DNA of 64,000 nucleotides from Candidatus Latescibacterota bacterium. Its GTDB lineage: Bacteria > Krumholzibacteriota > Krumholzibacteriia > WVZY01. The position numbers were made by a program, and so were the translations under genes. The stretch lies in contig CAWBQK010000007.1 in NCBI GenBank assembly GCA_963791045.1, positions 1-64,000 on the forward strand, read 5' to 3'. Every line of letters starts with the position of its first letter. Positions within the stretch are counted from its first letter, which is position 1. The notes beneath the pieces are model-generated. The model was not told the origin of the DNA. It saw nothing but the letters and a program-made list of their open reading frames with translations, and did not search any database. Positions 28,664 through 40,567 of the stretch are shown here, in pieces.

Positions 28664-31600
28664 ATGAGACGGACTGTTATGTTTGTTTGCGCCTTCTTTG
28701 TGTTGCTCGCTCTTTCCGCCTTTTCGGGCGATAAGACCGATGCGGCGCCTTTGGCGGCCGAACTAACCAATCTGAATTTGTCATCGACATCGGGAAACGA
28801 CTTCACGAGCGATGATTTGAACGTCACGTACACGTTGAGCGGCACGGCGACCACCGCCGCGACTGCGTGGTACAAAAACGGTTCACCACTCATGGCGCTC
28901 CTCATGCCGTTCGAAGGCGGGGCGGCAAATGCCCTTGGCGACTATTCGGGCAACGGCCAGACGGCAACCACGATCGGGCGGACCAGTGTGGAACGCGACA
29001 GGGGGGTACGATGGCGCCGGAGGGTTTGAATTCGACGGCGTTGACGACTACGTGAACGTACCGGACGCGAGTGTTCTGGATGTCGATTACGTAACGCTTG
29101 CCGCGTGGATCAATGTGGACAGCTTCCGCAACGACATGCGTATCGTCTCGAAAGAGTACGGTACGACGGATCCGTATTCGATTTACACGCTCATGCTCAC
29201 CGGCGACAACGAGGATAATCTCGAGATGCGGATGGGGCTTGTCGGACAGACCCGAATCCGCGTCGTCGGTAACGCCACAATCCCAAAAAACGTATGGGTT
29301 CATGTCGCGGCGACCTTCGATGGAAGCCAGGTAGTGGTCTATATAAATGGACAGGCGGACACCGTCGTGGCCGCGTCGGGAACTTTCAGAAAGAACGACC
29401 AGCCGGTTCGTATCGGCGCGAGTGAGTTCTACGGCAGGAACTTCGACGGGGCAATCGACGACGCGCGGATTTATCCCTATGCCGTCTCCGGTTCGCAGAT
29501 CGCCGCCCTCTATAGTAGCGGGCCCGACGTTATCAAGTCTTCGGAGACGAGTGTCGGTGACGATTGGCAGGCACGGGTGACGCCGTTTTCGGCGTCTGAA
29601 GTGGGGTCGACCTATCAGTCCAATACCGTAACCATCGTGTCCGCGGAATGAACCCGGTTTGGTCACGATCATGCCCTGCGGCGATTCGATCACTTATGAC
29701 AATTACAGCGGCGATCCCAGACCGCTCGACGAGCGGACAAGCTACCGCTGGCCGCTGTGGCTGATGCTCGAGTCGGGGTGTTACAACGTCGATTTTGTCG
29801 GGGACACTTTGGCCGGACAGGCAATGTATCCACCGTTCGATCCCGACAACTCGGGTCATCCCGGTTGGACGGACTCGCAAATCGCTTCCAATATCTACAA
29901 CTGGCTCCAGGCGGAGCACGCCGATATCGTCCTTCTTCACATCGGCACCAACGCGCTCGACCCGAGCCCCGCGCAGGTCGAGGATATTCTTGACGAGATC
30001 GATCGCTACGAAGCGGATCATGACACCACAGTGACCGTTCTTCTCGCGCGCATCATAAACAGGATAAGCTACAGTTCGACGACAACTCAATTCAACGACA
30101 ATGTTGAGGCAATGGCGCTCGACCGTGTCACCAACCCTTCGAACGACGCTTACCCAGACGCGATTGTAATGGTGGATATGGAAGACGGCGCGGGGATCGA
30201 CTACTCGGCCGACATGGTCGACAATCTCCACCCGAATCACCGGGGCTACCAGAAGATGGCCGCGCTTTGGTACGAACACCTTCTCGCCGTCTTGCCCTCG
30301 CCATCGCCGTCTTGCGGGAGCTGTCCCCAGGACATCACGCACCACTGGCCGATGGACGAAGCGTCGGGCGCGCCTTACGGCGAGTTCATTCGCGCGAGCA
30401 ACGGGGACTGCGTAAATTGTCCCGACCCGGCGGCGGGAACGGTCGGCGGCGCCCTGTCTTTCAACGGGACGGATGACGAGGTGAGCGTTGAGGCGGACGG
30501 CGTCTTCGATTGGGCGGCCGATGCGAGTTTCTCCATCGAATTCTGGATGAACACCACGGCCAGCACATCGGGAAACCGTGTAATCATCGGACGCGATGAC
30601 GATGCGTCTCTGCTCCACTGGTGGATTGGGGCGGACGACAATGGCTCCGTTCGTTTTCAGCTTCGAGATATCAATTATCAGGGTTTGTATCTCGGAGGGG
30701 CCGGACCGGTGTTGAATAACGGTGACTGGCACCATGTTGTCGCCGTCCGCGACAACAGCGTGGACAGTAACATCGTTTATGTCGACGGCGTGATGATCGA
30801 CGGCGGATACCACGATTATACGGCGGGATTCGAAAGCGTCGCCAATGTCGACGTCAATATTGGTTTTCTGAATCTTAGTGGCCACTACCGCTATGATGGT
30901 CTGATCGATGAGATGGCCACCTACGGCCGTGCGCTCACCCAGACCGAAATCACCCAACATTACAATGACGGCCTTGCAGGATCGGGTATCTGCGACGGGA
31001 TGCCGTCGGCACCCCAGATTGTGTCGACCCCCGTGACCAGCGCGACCGTGGGTGCCCTCTACACCTACGACGTCAACGCCGTGGGGATTCCCGCGGCGAC
31101 TTATTCGTTTCTAACCAACCCGAGTGGAATGACGATCAATCCGGGCACGGGTGTTATCGAATGGTACCCGTCGGCACTCGATATCGGACCGCACAGTGTA
31201 TCGGTCCAAGCGTTGAATTCGCAAGGAACCGACATCCAGAACTTCACGGTCACCGTCGGGCAATCGGGGAATATCGTCCGCATCATGCCGCTCGGTGACT
31301 CGATAACCCGCGGCGCTTATGGAAGCCCAACGAACGTGGGGTACCGGCGGCCGCTCTGGATGCACCTGAGCGGTGCCGGTTGTCCCGTTGAGTTTGTCGG
31401 ACAATTCGAAGACGGGACCCCCGACGATTTCGATCGCAGTCACTACGGCATCGACGGCGAACGCGACGACGAGGTGGCGGCGAATGTCTACGGATACCTG
31501 CAGAATTATCCGGCGGACATCATCCTTCTCCATATCGGCACCAATGCGCTCGATACGAGTGAGAGCGATGTTGAGAACATCCTCGACGAAATCGATCGCT

Positions 31601-34600
31601 TCGAAGCGGATTCGTCGGTGACGATCACCGTGCTGCTCGCGCGGATCATCAACCGCAACCCGTACAGTCTCGACGACCACGCAGTTCAACGACGCCGTTG
31701 AAGGGATGGCGATGGACCGTGTTACCAACGCGGGGAACGACGCGTATCCCGACAACATCGTCATGGTCGACATGGAGGACGGCGCGGAAATCGTCTATTC
31801 GACGGACATGGATGACAATGTTCATCCCAATGACGCGGGATACGCGAAGATGGCGAACCTGTGGTACGCGCATCTCGATACGATGATATGCGGGGTTCAC
31901 GCGACGAGCGTCACGGTGACGTCGACCTCGGGGAATGATTACGACACGGACGACCTCACTTGCGCCTACGGTCTTACCGGTGATGCCACCACGGCCGCCA
32001 CTGCGTGGTACGTGGACAGTTCTCCGCTCATGACAATGTGTCTCCCGATGGAGGGCGGCGCGACCGCGGCATTGAGCGATTACTCGGGGAACGATCTTAC
32101 TGTTGTCGCGAACGGCGATCCCGTGTGGCTGCCGAACGGCGGCCACGACGGTCACGGCGCCTGGGAGTTCGACGGCGCCGGTGACGATCTGAGCGCCGGC
32201 GAGAATTTCCCCACAGGGTCGTCGTACACCAAGACCGCGTGGGTTTACCGGACGGGAAGCGGCGCGAATGGTGGAAACAACATTATCTCCGGCGATGAGA
32301 ACAGCGGGGGCCACGCACTCTGGGCTCCGGACTCGTACGGGAACAGGCTTTCCGGCGGTCACAACCAAACGTGGAATTCCGTCCAGGACGATGTGGCGCT
32401 CGCGCTCAATACGTGGTTCTTTGTGTCGCTGACTTTCGACGAAGCGACAGACAAAATGGTTCTCTACAAGAACGGCGTCGCGATCGACAGTGCGACAGTG
32501 TCGATATCGGTGACGGACCCTACGATCTCGATTGGATCGTTTGGCGTATCGAACGGTTTTATGTTGCAGGGCCGGATCGATGATCCGCGTGTATGGAACC
32601 GGGCGCTTACCGGCGAACAGATCCACTCCCTGTATGTGAGTGGAGCAAATGTGGTCAAGTCCACCGAAACGGTAATCGGCGAACAGTGGCACGCGGAAGT
32701 GACACCGTTCTCGGAAACGGACGCGGGATCGACGAGCCAGTCGAATACCGTGACAATTCAGGCGTCGTCACCGACAGCGCCGACAATTGTTTCCACGCCT
32801 GTTACGTCGGCTGAGGTCGGCTTGCTGTATACATACGATGTGAACGCGGTGGGGACACCCGCCGCGACCTATTCGCTTTTAACCAACCCGGAGCGGAATG
32901 ACGATCAATCCAGGCACGGGTGTGATCGAATGGACGCCGTCGGCGCTCCAGACCGGACCGCACAGCGTATCGGTCCAAGCGTTGAATTCGCAAGGGACTG
33001 ACGTCCAGAACTATACGGTCACCGTCGAGCAATCGGGGGATATCGTTCGCATCATGCCGCTCGGTGACTCGATAACCCGCGGGGCTTATGGAAGCGCAAC
33101 GAATGTCGGATATCGACGGCCGCTGTGGATGCAGCCTGAGCGGCGCCGGTTGTCCCGTTGAGTTTGTCGGACAATTCGAAGACGGGACCCCCGACGATTT
33201 CGACCGCAGTCACTACGGCATCGACGGTGAACGCGATGACGAGGTGGCGGCGAATGTCTACGGATACCTGCAGAATTATCCGGCGGACATCATCCTTCTC
33301 CATATCGGCACCAATGCGCTCGACACGAGTGAGAGCGATGTGGAGAACATCCTCGACGAAATCGACCGCTTCGAAGCGGATTCGTCGGTGACAATTACCG
33401 TCCTTCTCGCTCGGATAGTCAACCGCAACCCGTACAGCCTGACGACCACCCAGTTCAACGACGCCGTTGAAGGGATGGCGATGGACCGTGTTACTAATGC
33501 GGCGAACGACGCGTATCCCGACAACATCGTCATGGTTGATATGGAGGATGGCGCGGGAATCGTTTATTCGACGGACATGGCCGATGCCCTCCATCCCAAC
33601 GACGCGGGATACGAGAAGATGGCCGGCCTGTGGTACGCCCATCTCGACACCATGATCTGCGGGATCCAGGCGACGAGCGTCACGGTGACGTCCACGTCGG
33701 GGAATGATCTCGACACCGATGATCTCACCTGCGCCTACGGGCTTGGCGGTGACGCCACCACGGCCGCCACTGCGTGGTACATGGACGGATCGCCTGTGAT
33801 GAGGATGTTCCTCCCGATGGAGGGTGGCGCAACCGCGGCATTGAACGATTACTCGGGGAACGATCTTACTGTTGTCGCGAACGGCGATCCCGTGTGGCTG
33901 CCCAACGGCGGCCACGACGGCCACGGCGCGTGGGAGTTCGACGGCGCCGGGGATGAATTGAATGCCGGTGAGAATTTCCCCGTACTCGCGTCGTACACCA
34001 AGACGGCGTGGGTGTACAGGACGGGAAGCGGCGCCAACGGCGGAAACAATATCATTTCGGGGAACCAGGATCCCAACGGCCATGCGTTGTGGGCGGCGGA
34101 CCGTAACGAGAACCGGCTCTCCGCGGGGCACAATACCAACTGGGAGCTCGTCGAGGATACCGTACCGCTCGCCTTGAACACCTGGTTTTTCGTCGCGGTG
34201 AGCTACGACCGGTCCACGCACGTGATGACGCTGTACAAGAACGGGGCCGTTATCGATCAGGAGCCGGTTCCGGTGGCCGACCGTGATGTGCTGGATACGA
34301 CGATTTCGATCGGATCGTTCGGCGTGTCGAACGGCTGGATGTGGCAGGGAACGATCGATGACCCACGGATATGGACCCGTGTCCTTACCGATGACGAGAT
34401 CCTGTCGCTGTATACATCCGGACCCGATGTTATCAAGTGGAGCGAGACGAATGTGGGCGAGCAGTGGAGCGCCGCGGTGACACCGTTCTCGGAAACGGAC
34501 GCGGGCTCAACTGTCCAGTCGAATACGGTGACGATCCAGCCGTCGACACCGACGGCGCCGACAATTGTGTCCTCGCCTGTAACAACAGCTGAGCTCGGCG

Positions 34601-37155
34601 TGCTGTATACGTACGACGTGAACGCATCGGGGAGTCCGGCGCCGACGTACAGTCTCACCGACAACCCGGCGGGAATGACGATCAATACAACCACCGGGCT
34701 TATCGAATGGACACCGGCGCTTGCGGAAAGCGCGTACGTAACGGTCGTGGCGACCAACACGCAGGGCACGGACAGCCAGACCTACGGGATTGAGGTTACG
34801 GAGGGGGTAACTCCCACCGTAACCGATCTCGACCCTGACATCGACGTCGGGGAATGATTTCACGACCGATGACCTCACGTGCTCGTACACGCTTGCCAAT
34901 GGCGCGGCGACGGCGGCGACGGCGTGGTATCTTGGCGGCGATCCGCTTGTGCCTTTGATGGCGCTGTATCTCCCGATGGAGGGCGGCGCGACCGCGGCCT
35001 TGAACGATTATTCGGGCAATTCGATTGTCGCGACGGCACACGGCGATCCCGTGTGGCTCCCGACCGGCGGCCACGACGGACACGGCGCCTGGGAATTCGA
35101 CGGCTCCGGTGACGACCTCAACTGTGGTGAGAACTTCCCGACAGGGTCATCGTATACCAAGACCGCGTGGGTGTACCGGACGGGAAGCGGCGCGAACGGC
35201 GGAAACAACATTATCTCCGGCGACGCGAACAGCGGCGGTCACGCGATGTGGGCGCCGGATGGGTATGGCAACAAGCTTTCCGCCGGTCACAACGGCACCT
35301 GGAATTCCGTCCAGGACGATGTCGCGCTTGCGCTCAATACGTGGTTCTTCGTGTCGCTCACTTACGATGAAGGCACCGACAAGATGGTTCTCTACAAGAA
35401 CGGCATCGCGATCGACAGTGCGACCGTGTCGGTATCGGTGACCGACGCGACCATCTCGATCGCGTCGTTTGGCGCGTCGAACGGTTACATGTTGCAGGGC
35501 CGGATCGATGACGCGCGTGTGTGGAACCGCGTGCTATCCGGTGAGCAGATCCACTCGCTCTATGCGAACGGCGCCGATGTTGTCAAATCCACTGAGACGG
35601 TTCTCGGCGATCACTGGCAGGCCGAGGTGACCGCATTCACGGCGGGCGAAGTCGGATCCACGGCATTGACCGATGTTCTTACCATCGTCGATATCGTGCC
35701 GACGCCGCCGGTGATCGTGTCGATCCCTGACACGACCGCTTTGACCGGGGAGCTTTACTCGTACAATGTTGATGCGACAGGAAGTCCCGCGCCTGCATAT
35801 GGATTGCTCGCCAATCCCGCGGGGATGACGATCAATTCCGGAAGCGGTCTCATAGAGTGGACCCCGTCACTTGCCGAAAGCGCTTTTGTCGAGGTTCGCG
35901 CGTTCAATTCCGAGGGAGCGGATACTCAAGCGTACTGGATCGAAGTCACCACACCTGTGGTTCCCGGTGTCGAGAATGTTGTGTTGACGTCGACCTCGGG
36001 CCACGACGACCCGACGGACGACATCACGAGTTCGTACGATTTCAACGGGGATGCCGTGACCGCTGCGACGGCGTGGTACAGCGGGTCGACCGGCTCTCCG
36101 CTCGATCCGCTTATGGCGTTCTACCTGCCGATGGAGGGTGGCGCGACCGCGGCGCTCAACGATTATTCGGGCAATTCGATTGTCGCGACAACGAACGGGA
36201 ACCCCGTGTGGCTCCCCACCGGTGGTCATGACGGCCACGGCGCGTGGGAGTTTGACGGTACAGGCGATGATCTCGACGGTGGTGAGAACTTCCCGACGAA
36301 CTCGTCGTACACAAAGACCGCCTGGGTGTACTGGACGGGGAGCGGCGAGAATGGCGGGAACAACATTATTGCCGGTGACCAAAACAGCGGAGGTCACGCA
36401 TTGTGGGCGGCGGACATGTTTAGCAACCACCTGTCGGCCGGTCACAATGGCACGTGGAATTCGGTTGAGGACGATGTCGCGCTCGCTCAGAACACCTGGG
36501 TGTTTGTCTCGCTCTCGTACGACGATGCGACCGATAAAATGGTTCTCTACAAGAACGGTGTGGCGATTGACAGCGCGACGGTGTCGACACCGGTTACCGA
36601 TCCGACCATATCGATCGGTTCGTTCGGTGCATCGAACGGCTGGATGATCCAGGGCCGGATCGACGACCCGCGGGTGTGGAACGCGCGCTCACCGGCGAAC
36701 AGATCTTTTCGCTGTATTCAACCGGCCAGGATGTTGTGAAGGCGACGGAAACACTCGAGGGTGAAGACTGGATGGCGTGCGTCACGCCGTTCTCGGCGTC
36801 GGATGTCGGGACGACTGTATGTTCGGACACGATGACGCTCGAAACGGGCACCGGTATTGGTGACACACCGGTTCCCACGCAAACAGCGCTGCACCAGAAC
36901 CACCCCAACCCGTTCAATCCGACGACGGCGATCAGTTATGATCTCGTGTCGAACACAAGAGTGTCGCTCAGGGTCTACGATGTCAGCGGCCGGCTTGTGA
37001 AGACACTGGTTGATGATATCCGGCCGGCCGGGCGCCAGACGACGACCTGGGATGGGACGGACAACTCGGGGAACCAGGTGAGCACGGGGGTCTATTTCTA
37101 CCGGTTGAATACCGCCGGCAATGTGTTCACGAAGAAGATGGTTCTTCTGAAATAA
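28664..37155 (+). CDS. Giant secreted protein 2 (about 2830 aa): 3 SGNH hydrolase, 6 LamG and 4 Ig domains, C-terminal FlgD-Ig/T9SS-like domain (split into 8 ORFs by indels)
   Basis: Signal peptide MRRTVMFVCAFFVLLALSAFS. The fragments join inside repeats that are intact in other copies. SGNH motifs IMPxGDSIT, LLHIGTN and DxxHPN; tail LHQNHPNPFNPTT...TGVYFYRL...KKMVLLK. Confidence 0.85.
31010..34550 (+). repeat. Intragenic tandem duplication of about 1.77 kb (Ig + SGNH + LamG module); boundaries approximate
   Basis: Long near-identical DNA stretches at an offset of about 1770, e.g. 31371-31640 versus 33141-33410. Confidence 0.85.
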
Positions 37156-37184
37156 ATTTGCAGACTCGCAAACCAGCCGACCAG

Positions 37185-37227
37185 GTCCGGCCGTCGGGTT
37201 GACAAAACCCGGCGGCCGGACTTTTTT
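37185..37227 (+). terminator. Intrinsic terminator
   Basis: 16-bp stem GTCCGGCCGTCGGGTT/AACCCGGCGGCCGGAC followed by T6. Confidence 0.9.
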
Positions 37228-37412
37228 AAGAAAAGCGCCGGGGCGTGAAAAGCATTATTGCGTTGGTGCTTGTTTAACTGAATCCCGTAATAAATTGATA
37301 AATAGTGATATACGACTTCGGTGTCTAGTTGTTAAAATTCTCTGATTATCATCCGCGCCTGTGTGTGATAGCGTGGGGCTTCTTTACCAAAGCGCCATGA
37401 GAGGTCCCCAAC

Positions 37413-38747
37413 GTGCCCCGACGGATTCGCAAAATCATTCTTCTCGCTCTCGTCTGCGCGCCCGCGTTGTTCGGGCCATCCGCCGTCCGTGCCGCGGCTA
37501 CCGCCGCCGATTCGACCGGCGCGACCGGCGCGCGGGAACCGCAACACCAGCGGATCACGGAAAGAGAAATTGAAGGTACGGGCAAAAAGATCGCGATGCT
37601 ACCCGTACGAATCCTCCTCCTCCCTTTCAGGCTTGTCGGCGCCGGGCTCGAAGCGGGGTTTGAAACCGTCGAAGAGAAGAACCTGATCAAAAGATCGACG
37701 TATTTTCGGCGCCGGTTGCGGGCGACCGGGTTGTCGCTCAGTTTTGGCGTCGGTTACGATGGCGCGGGACTTGGAGCGCGGGTGGGATGGACACCACCCC
37801 GCCGAAAAAAAATCACACCGACTTTGACGGCGGCGTTGTCCACAAATCTCTATCAGGTCTACGGTCTTCGTCTCGATTTTTCCCGCGTTTTCGCCAACAA
37901 GGTTGTCGCGGCCGCGGACTTCCGATACCTGGGACTCCCGCAGGAAGACTTCTTTGGAATAGGCCAGGACTCGCAGCGCGACGACAGGACGACATACAAC
38001 CGCGAAACCCCCGAGATCATAGTGAGTGTGTTCAAGCCGGTGCGTCCCAGGCTGCGCTTCGAGGCGGACGTTGGTTATCAGAAAAGTAATATCTTAAGCG
38101 GTGAGGACGAGAAGTTCCCGTCGATCGAAGAGGTCTTCGACGCGGCCGACGTGCCGGGACTCGATACCGGCGCCGAACTGCTGCTCGGCACGCTCGTTAT
38201 GGAGTGGATGAACCTCGATCGTCCGGGCGATCCCAGGTCCGGGATGTTTATCCGATTGCTTGGGGGAATCGCCAAGGATCTTCGGTCGGGCGATTTCGAT
38301 CACTGGCGGTATGGAGTCGATCTCCGCGTATACCTTCCCATGCTTGGTTGGGGCAACCGTTTCGGCCCGCGGAGCACACTCGCAGTTCGGGTTAAAGGTG
38401 ATTTCACCGACCCCATGAGCGGGGGAGACGTGCCGTTTTACCGCATGCCGACCGTTGGTGGCAGCACGACATTGCGTGGGTTTACGGAATTCCGATTTGC
38501 CGATCGCAACGCGATTGTGACCAATGTCGAATACAAGTACCCGATCCAGAAGATACTCGAAGCGGTGATTTTCTGGGACGAAGGTCAGGTGTTTCACACA
38601 ATGGACGAATTTAATATTCACAAGTTCAAGTCGTCGTTCGGCGGGGGAATGAGGCTCATTCTCGAACAAAGCGCGTTCGTCAGCCTGGAGATCGGCACGG
38701 GGTCCGAGGAAACACGATTCTATTTCAAATTTGGAAAGGCGTACTAG
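37413..38747 (+). CDS. Omp85 (BamA/TamA-family) outer-membrane barrel without obvious POTRA domains
   Basis: Signal peptide, amphipathic strands, loop-6 motif GGSTTLRGF, FWDEGQVF, SFGGGMR, C-terminal FYFKFGKAY. Confidence 0.88.
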   Translation: MPRRIRKIILLALVCAPALFGPSAVRAAATAADSTGATGAREPQHQRITEREIEGTGKKIAMLPVRILLLPFRLVGAGLEAGFETVEEKNLIKRSTYFRRRLRATGLSLSFGVGYDGAGLGARVGWTPPRRKKITPTLTAALSTNLYQVYGLRLDFSRVFANKVVAAADFRYLGLPQEDFFGIGQDSQRDDRTTYNRETPEIIVSVFKPVRPRLRFEADVGYQKSNILSGEDEKFPSIEEVFDAADVPGLDTGAELLLGTLVMEWMNLDRPGDPRSGMFIRLLGGIAKDLRSGDFDHWRYGVDLRVYLPMLGWGNRFGPRSTLAVRVKGDFTDPMSGGDVPFYRMPTVGGSTTLRGFTEFRFADRNAIVTNVEYKYPIQKILEAVIFWDEGQVFHTMDEFNIHKFKSSFGGGMRLILEQSAFVSLEIGTGSEETRFYFKFGKAY

Positions 38748-38760
38748 CCGCGTGTAAAGC

Positions 38761-40566
38761 ATGAGGGTTTTTGACAGGGCATATGATCGAATGACCGCGA
38801 CTGGATCGGGTACGCCGGCCCTGAAGTGGTGCTTCTCGGTATTCCTGGCGCTCGTGATTCTCGTTGGCGGTCTCGGGTGTGGCGGAAATCGTCACGAGTT
38901 CAAAAAACCCATCGAAGTTGATTTCGATATGGAGGACATCCCCGAACCCGAAGAAAAGAACCCGAGTCAATACTACGATTTTGTCGACCGGACATTCTTC
39001 AAGGAAACCATGCGCGGGCTCGACCTTCCCCGGCAGTTCAGGAAAATCCCCGGCAAACCCAAAGAAGCATTCAATGTGGACGCCATGGGCGGCGTTCCCA
39101 ACTCGAGCTGGTTTACAAACCGCAATGTCACAAGGCAAATGACTCTCGGTGAGATCAGACGCGGCCCCAACACCACCGACGGGCCGGCGGACAGCGTCTG
39201 GGCCGTCGTGCGCGGCAAAACCCAGGGGGTAACCCCCGGCTTCACGATAAAGGACTCACGCGGTGACCGGTATATCATCAAATTCGATCCGCCCCAGAAT
39301 CCGGAGATGAGTACGGCGGCGGAGGTGATTTCAACAAAGTTATTCTACGCGATGGGCTTCAACGTACCGGAGAATACCATTGTTCATTTTGATGTCGACC
39401 GGCTTGTCGTCGACGCGGATGCGAAATTTGTCGACAAGATAGGTCACAAGCGCGTCATGACTCAGAACGATTTGAGCGAGATGCTCCGGGCCGTCGCGCG
39501 CCGGTCGGACGGCACGTTTCGCGCGGTGGCGAGCAAATTTCTCGACGGCAAACCGAAAGGGCCGTACTCGTACATCGGTCTTCGTAAGGATGATCCCAAC
39601 GATATTATTCGCCACGAGCATCGCCGCGACCTGCGGGGCTTGAGGATTATGGCGGCATGGCTTCAACACAACGACGTCCGCAGGATCAACTCGCTGGACA
39701 TGTACGTGACCGAAGACGGGCGGAGTTTTCTCAAACATCATCTCATCGATTTTGGCGCGACCCTCGGGAGCGCGAGTCTTTTCCCAAACCCTCCGTCCGA
39801 GGGGCTCGAATACCAATTCGATACGCAGGAATCGTTAAAATCCCTTTTCTCGCTCGGTGTTTACAAACGGCCGTGGTACGACGCTCTCGAGGTTGAGTTT
39901 CCGTCGGTCGGATACATCGAATCGGAACTGTTCGACCCGTCGAGATGGAAGGCCAACTATCCGATCCCCGCGTTCCAGAACATGACGAGTCTCGACGCGT
40001 ATTGGGCGGCGAAGATTGTCATGTCGTTTACCGATGATCAGATCCGAGCCGCCGTCGAGATGGGAGATCTTACCGACAAGGGCGCGGAGGATTACCTCAC
40101 TAGGATTCTCGTTGAACGGCGGGACAAGATCGGCCGCTACTGGTTCGGCCGTGTCAACGCCCTGGACAATTTCTCGATCGTTCGCGACGGAGATGAGCAG
40201 CGACTCGAGTTCGACGATCTCGAAGTTGCCGCCGGATTCGAACGGGCGGCGGACACTTCGTACCGCTACGGTTTCTATCACAACGCGTGTGACGGCACAC
40301 ACGAACTTGCCGGTGACCGTGTGTTGGAATCACCCGGTGCAGACACCAGGCCGGGGATTCCCCTTGGATCCGAGTTCGCGAATATGGCATCCGAAGCTTT
40401 ATCGAGATCCGATTCGCGTAAAGACTGCGACAGGTATTTTTATGTCGTGGTGCGGACGGGGAGGGGGCCGGCGTCCGGCGATTGGGGAAAGTGGGTCAAG
40501 ATTCATCTCCACCTCGACGACTCCCGCCGCGGTTTTGAAATCGTCGGCGTCGATCGCGAGGGTTGA
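38761..40566 (+). CDS. Lipoprotein with atypical protein-kinase-like fold motifs (start may be 38791)
   Basis: Lipobox GLG-C40; Gly-rich GKTQGVTPG, YIIK174, E188, HND305xxxxN310, ID330FG. Confidence 0.72.
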   Translation: MRVFDRAYDRMTATGSGTPALKWCFSVFLALVILVGGLGCGGNRHEFKKPIEVDFDMEDIPEPEEKNPSQYYDFVDRTFFKETMRGLDLPRQFRKIPGKPKEAFNVDAMGGVPNSSWFTNRNVTRQMTLGEIRRGPNTTDGPADSVWAVVRGKTQGVTPGFTIKDSRGDRYIIKFDPPQNPEMSTAAEVISTKLFYAMGFNVPENTIVHFDVDRLVVDADAKFVDKIGHKRVMTQNDLSEMLRAVARRSDGTFRAVASKFLDGKPKGPYSYIGLRKDDPNDIIRHEHRRDLRGLRIMAAWLQHNDVRRINSLDMYVTEDGRSFLKHHLIDFGATLGSASLFPNPPSEGLEYQFDTQESLKSLFSLGVYKRPWYDALEVEFPSVGYIESELFDPSRWKANYPIPAFQNMTSLDAYWAAKIVMSFTDDQIRAAVEMGDLTDKGAEDYLTRILVERRDKIGRYWFGRVNALDNFSIVRDGDEQRLEFDDLEVAAGFERAADTSYRYGFYHNACDGTHELAGDRVLESPGADTRPGIPLGSEFANMASEALSRSDSRKDCDRYFYVVVRTGRGPASGDWGKWVKIHLHLDDSRRGFEIVGVDREG

Positions 40567-40567
40567 T

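Noticed and set aside
29640-29665. TGA at 29649-29651 as selenocysteine or stop readthrough
   Set aside because: The continuation is in a different frame; removing one A joins the ORFs, so it is an indel.
23758-37155. Near-identical repeats as a diversity-generating retroelement TR/VR pair or CRISPR array
   Set aside because: The repeats are in-frame protein domains, differences are not adenine-specific, and there is no reverse transcriptase, cas gene or repeat-spacer pattern.
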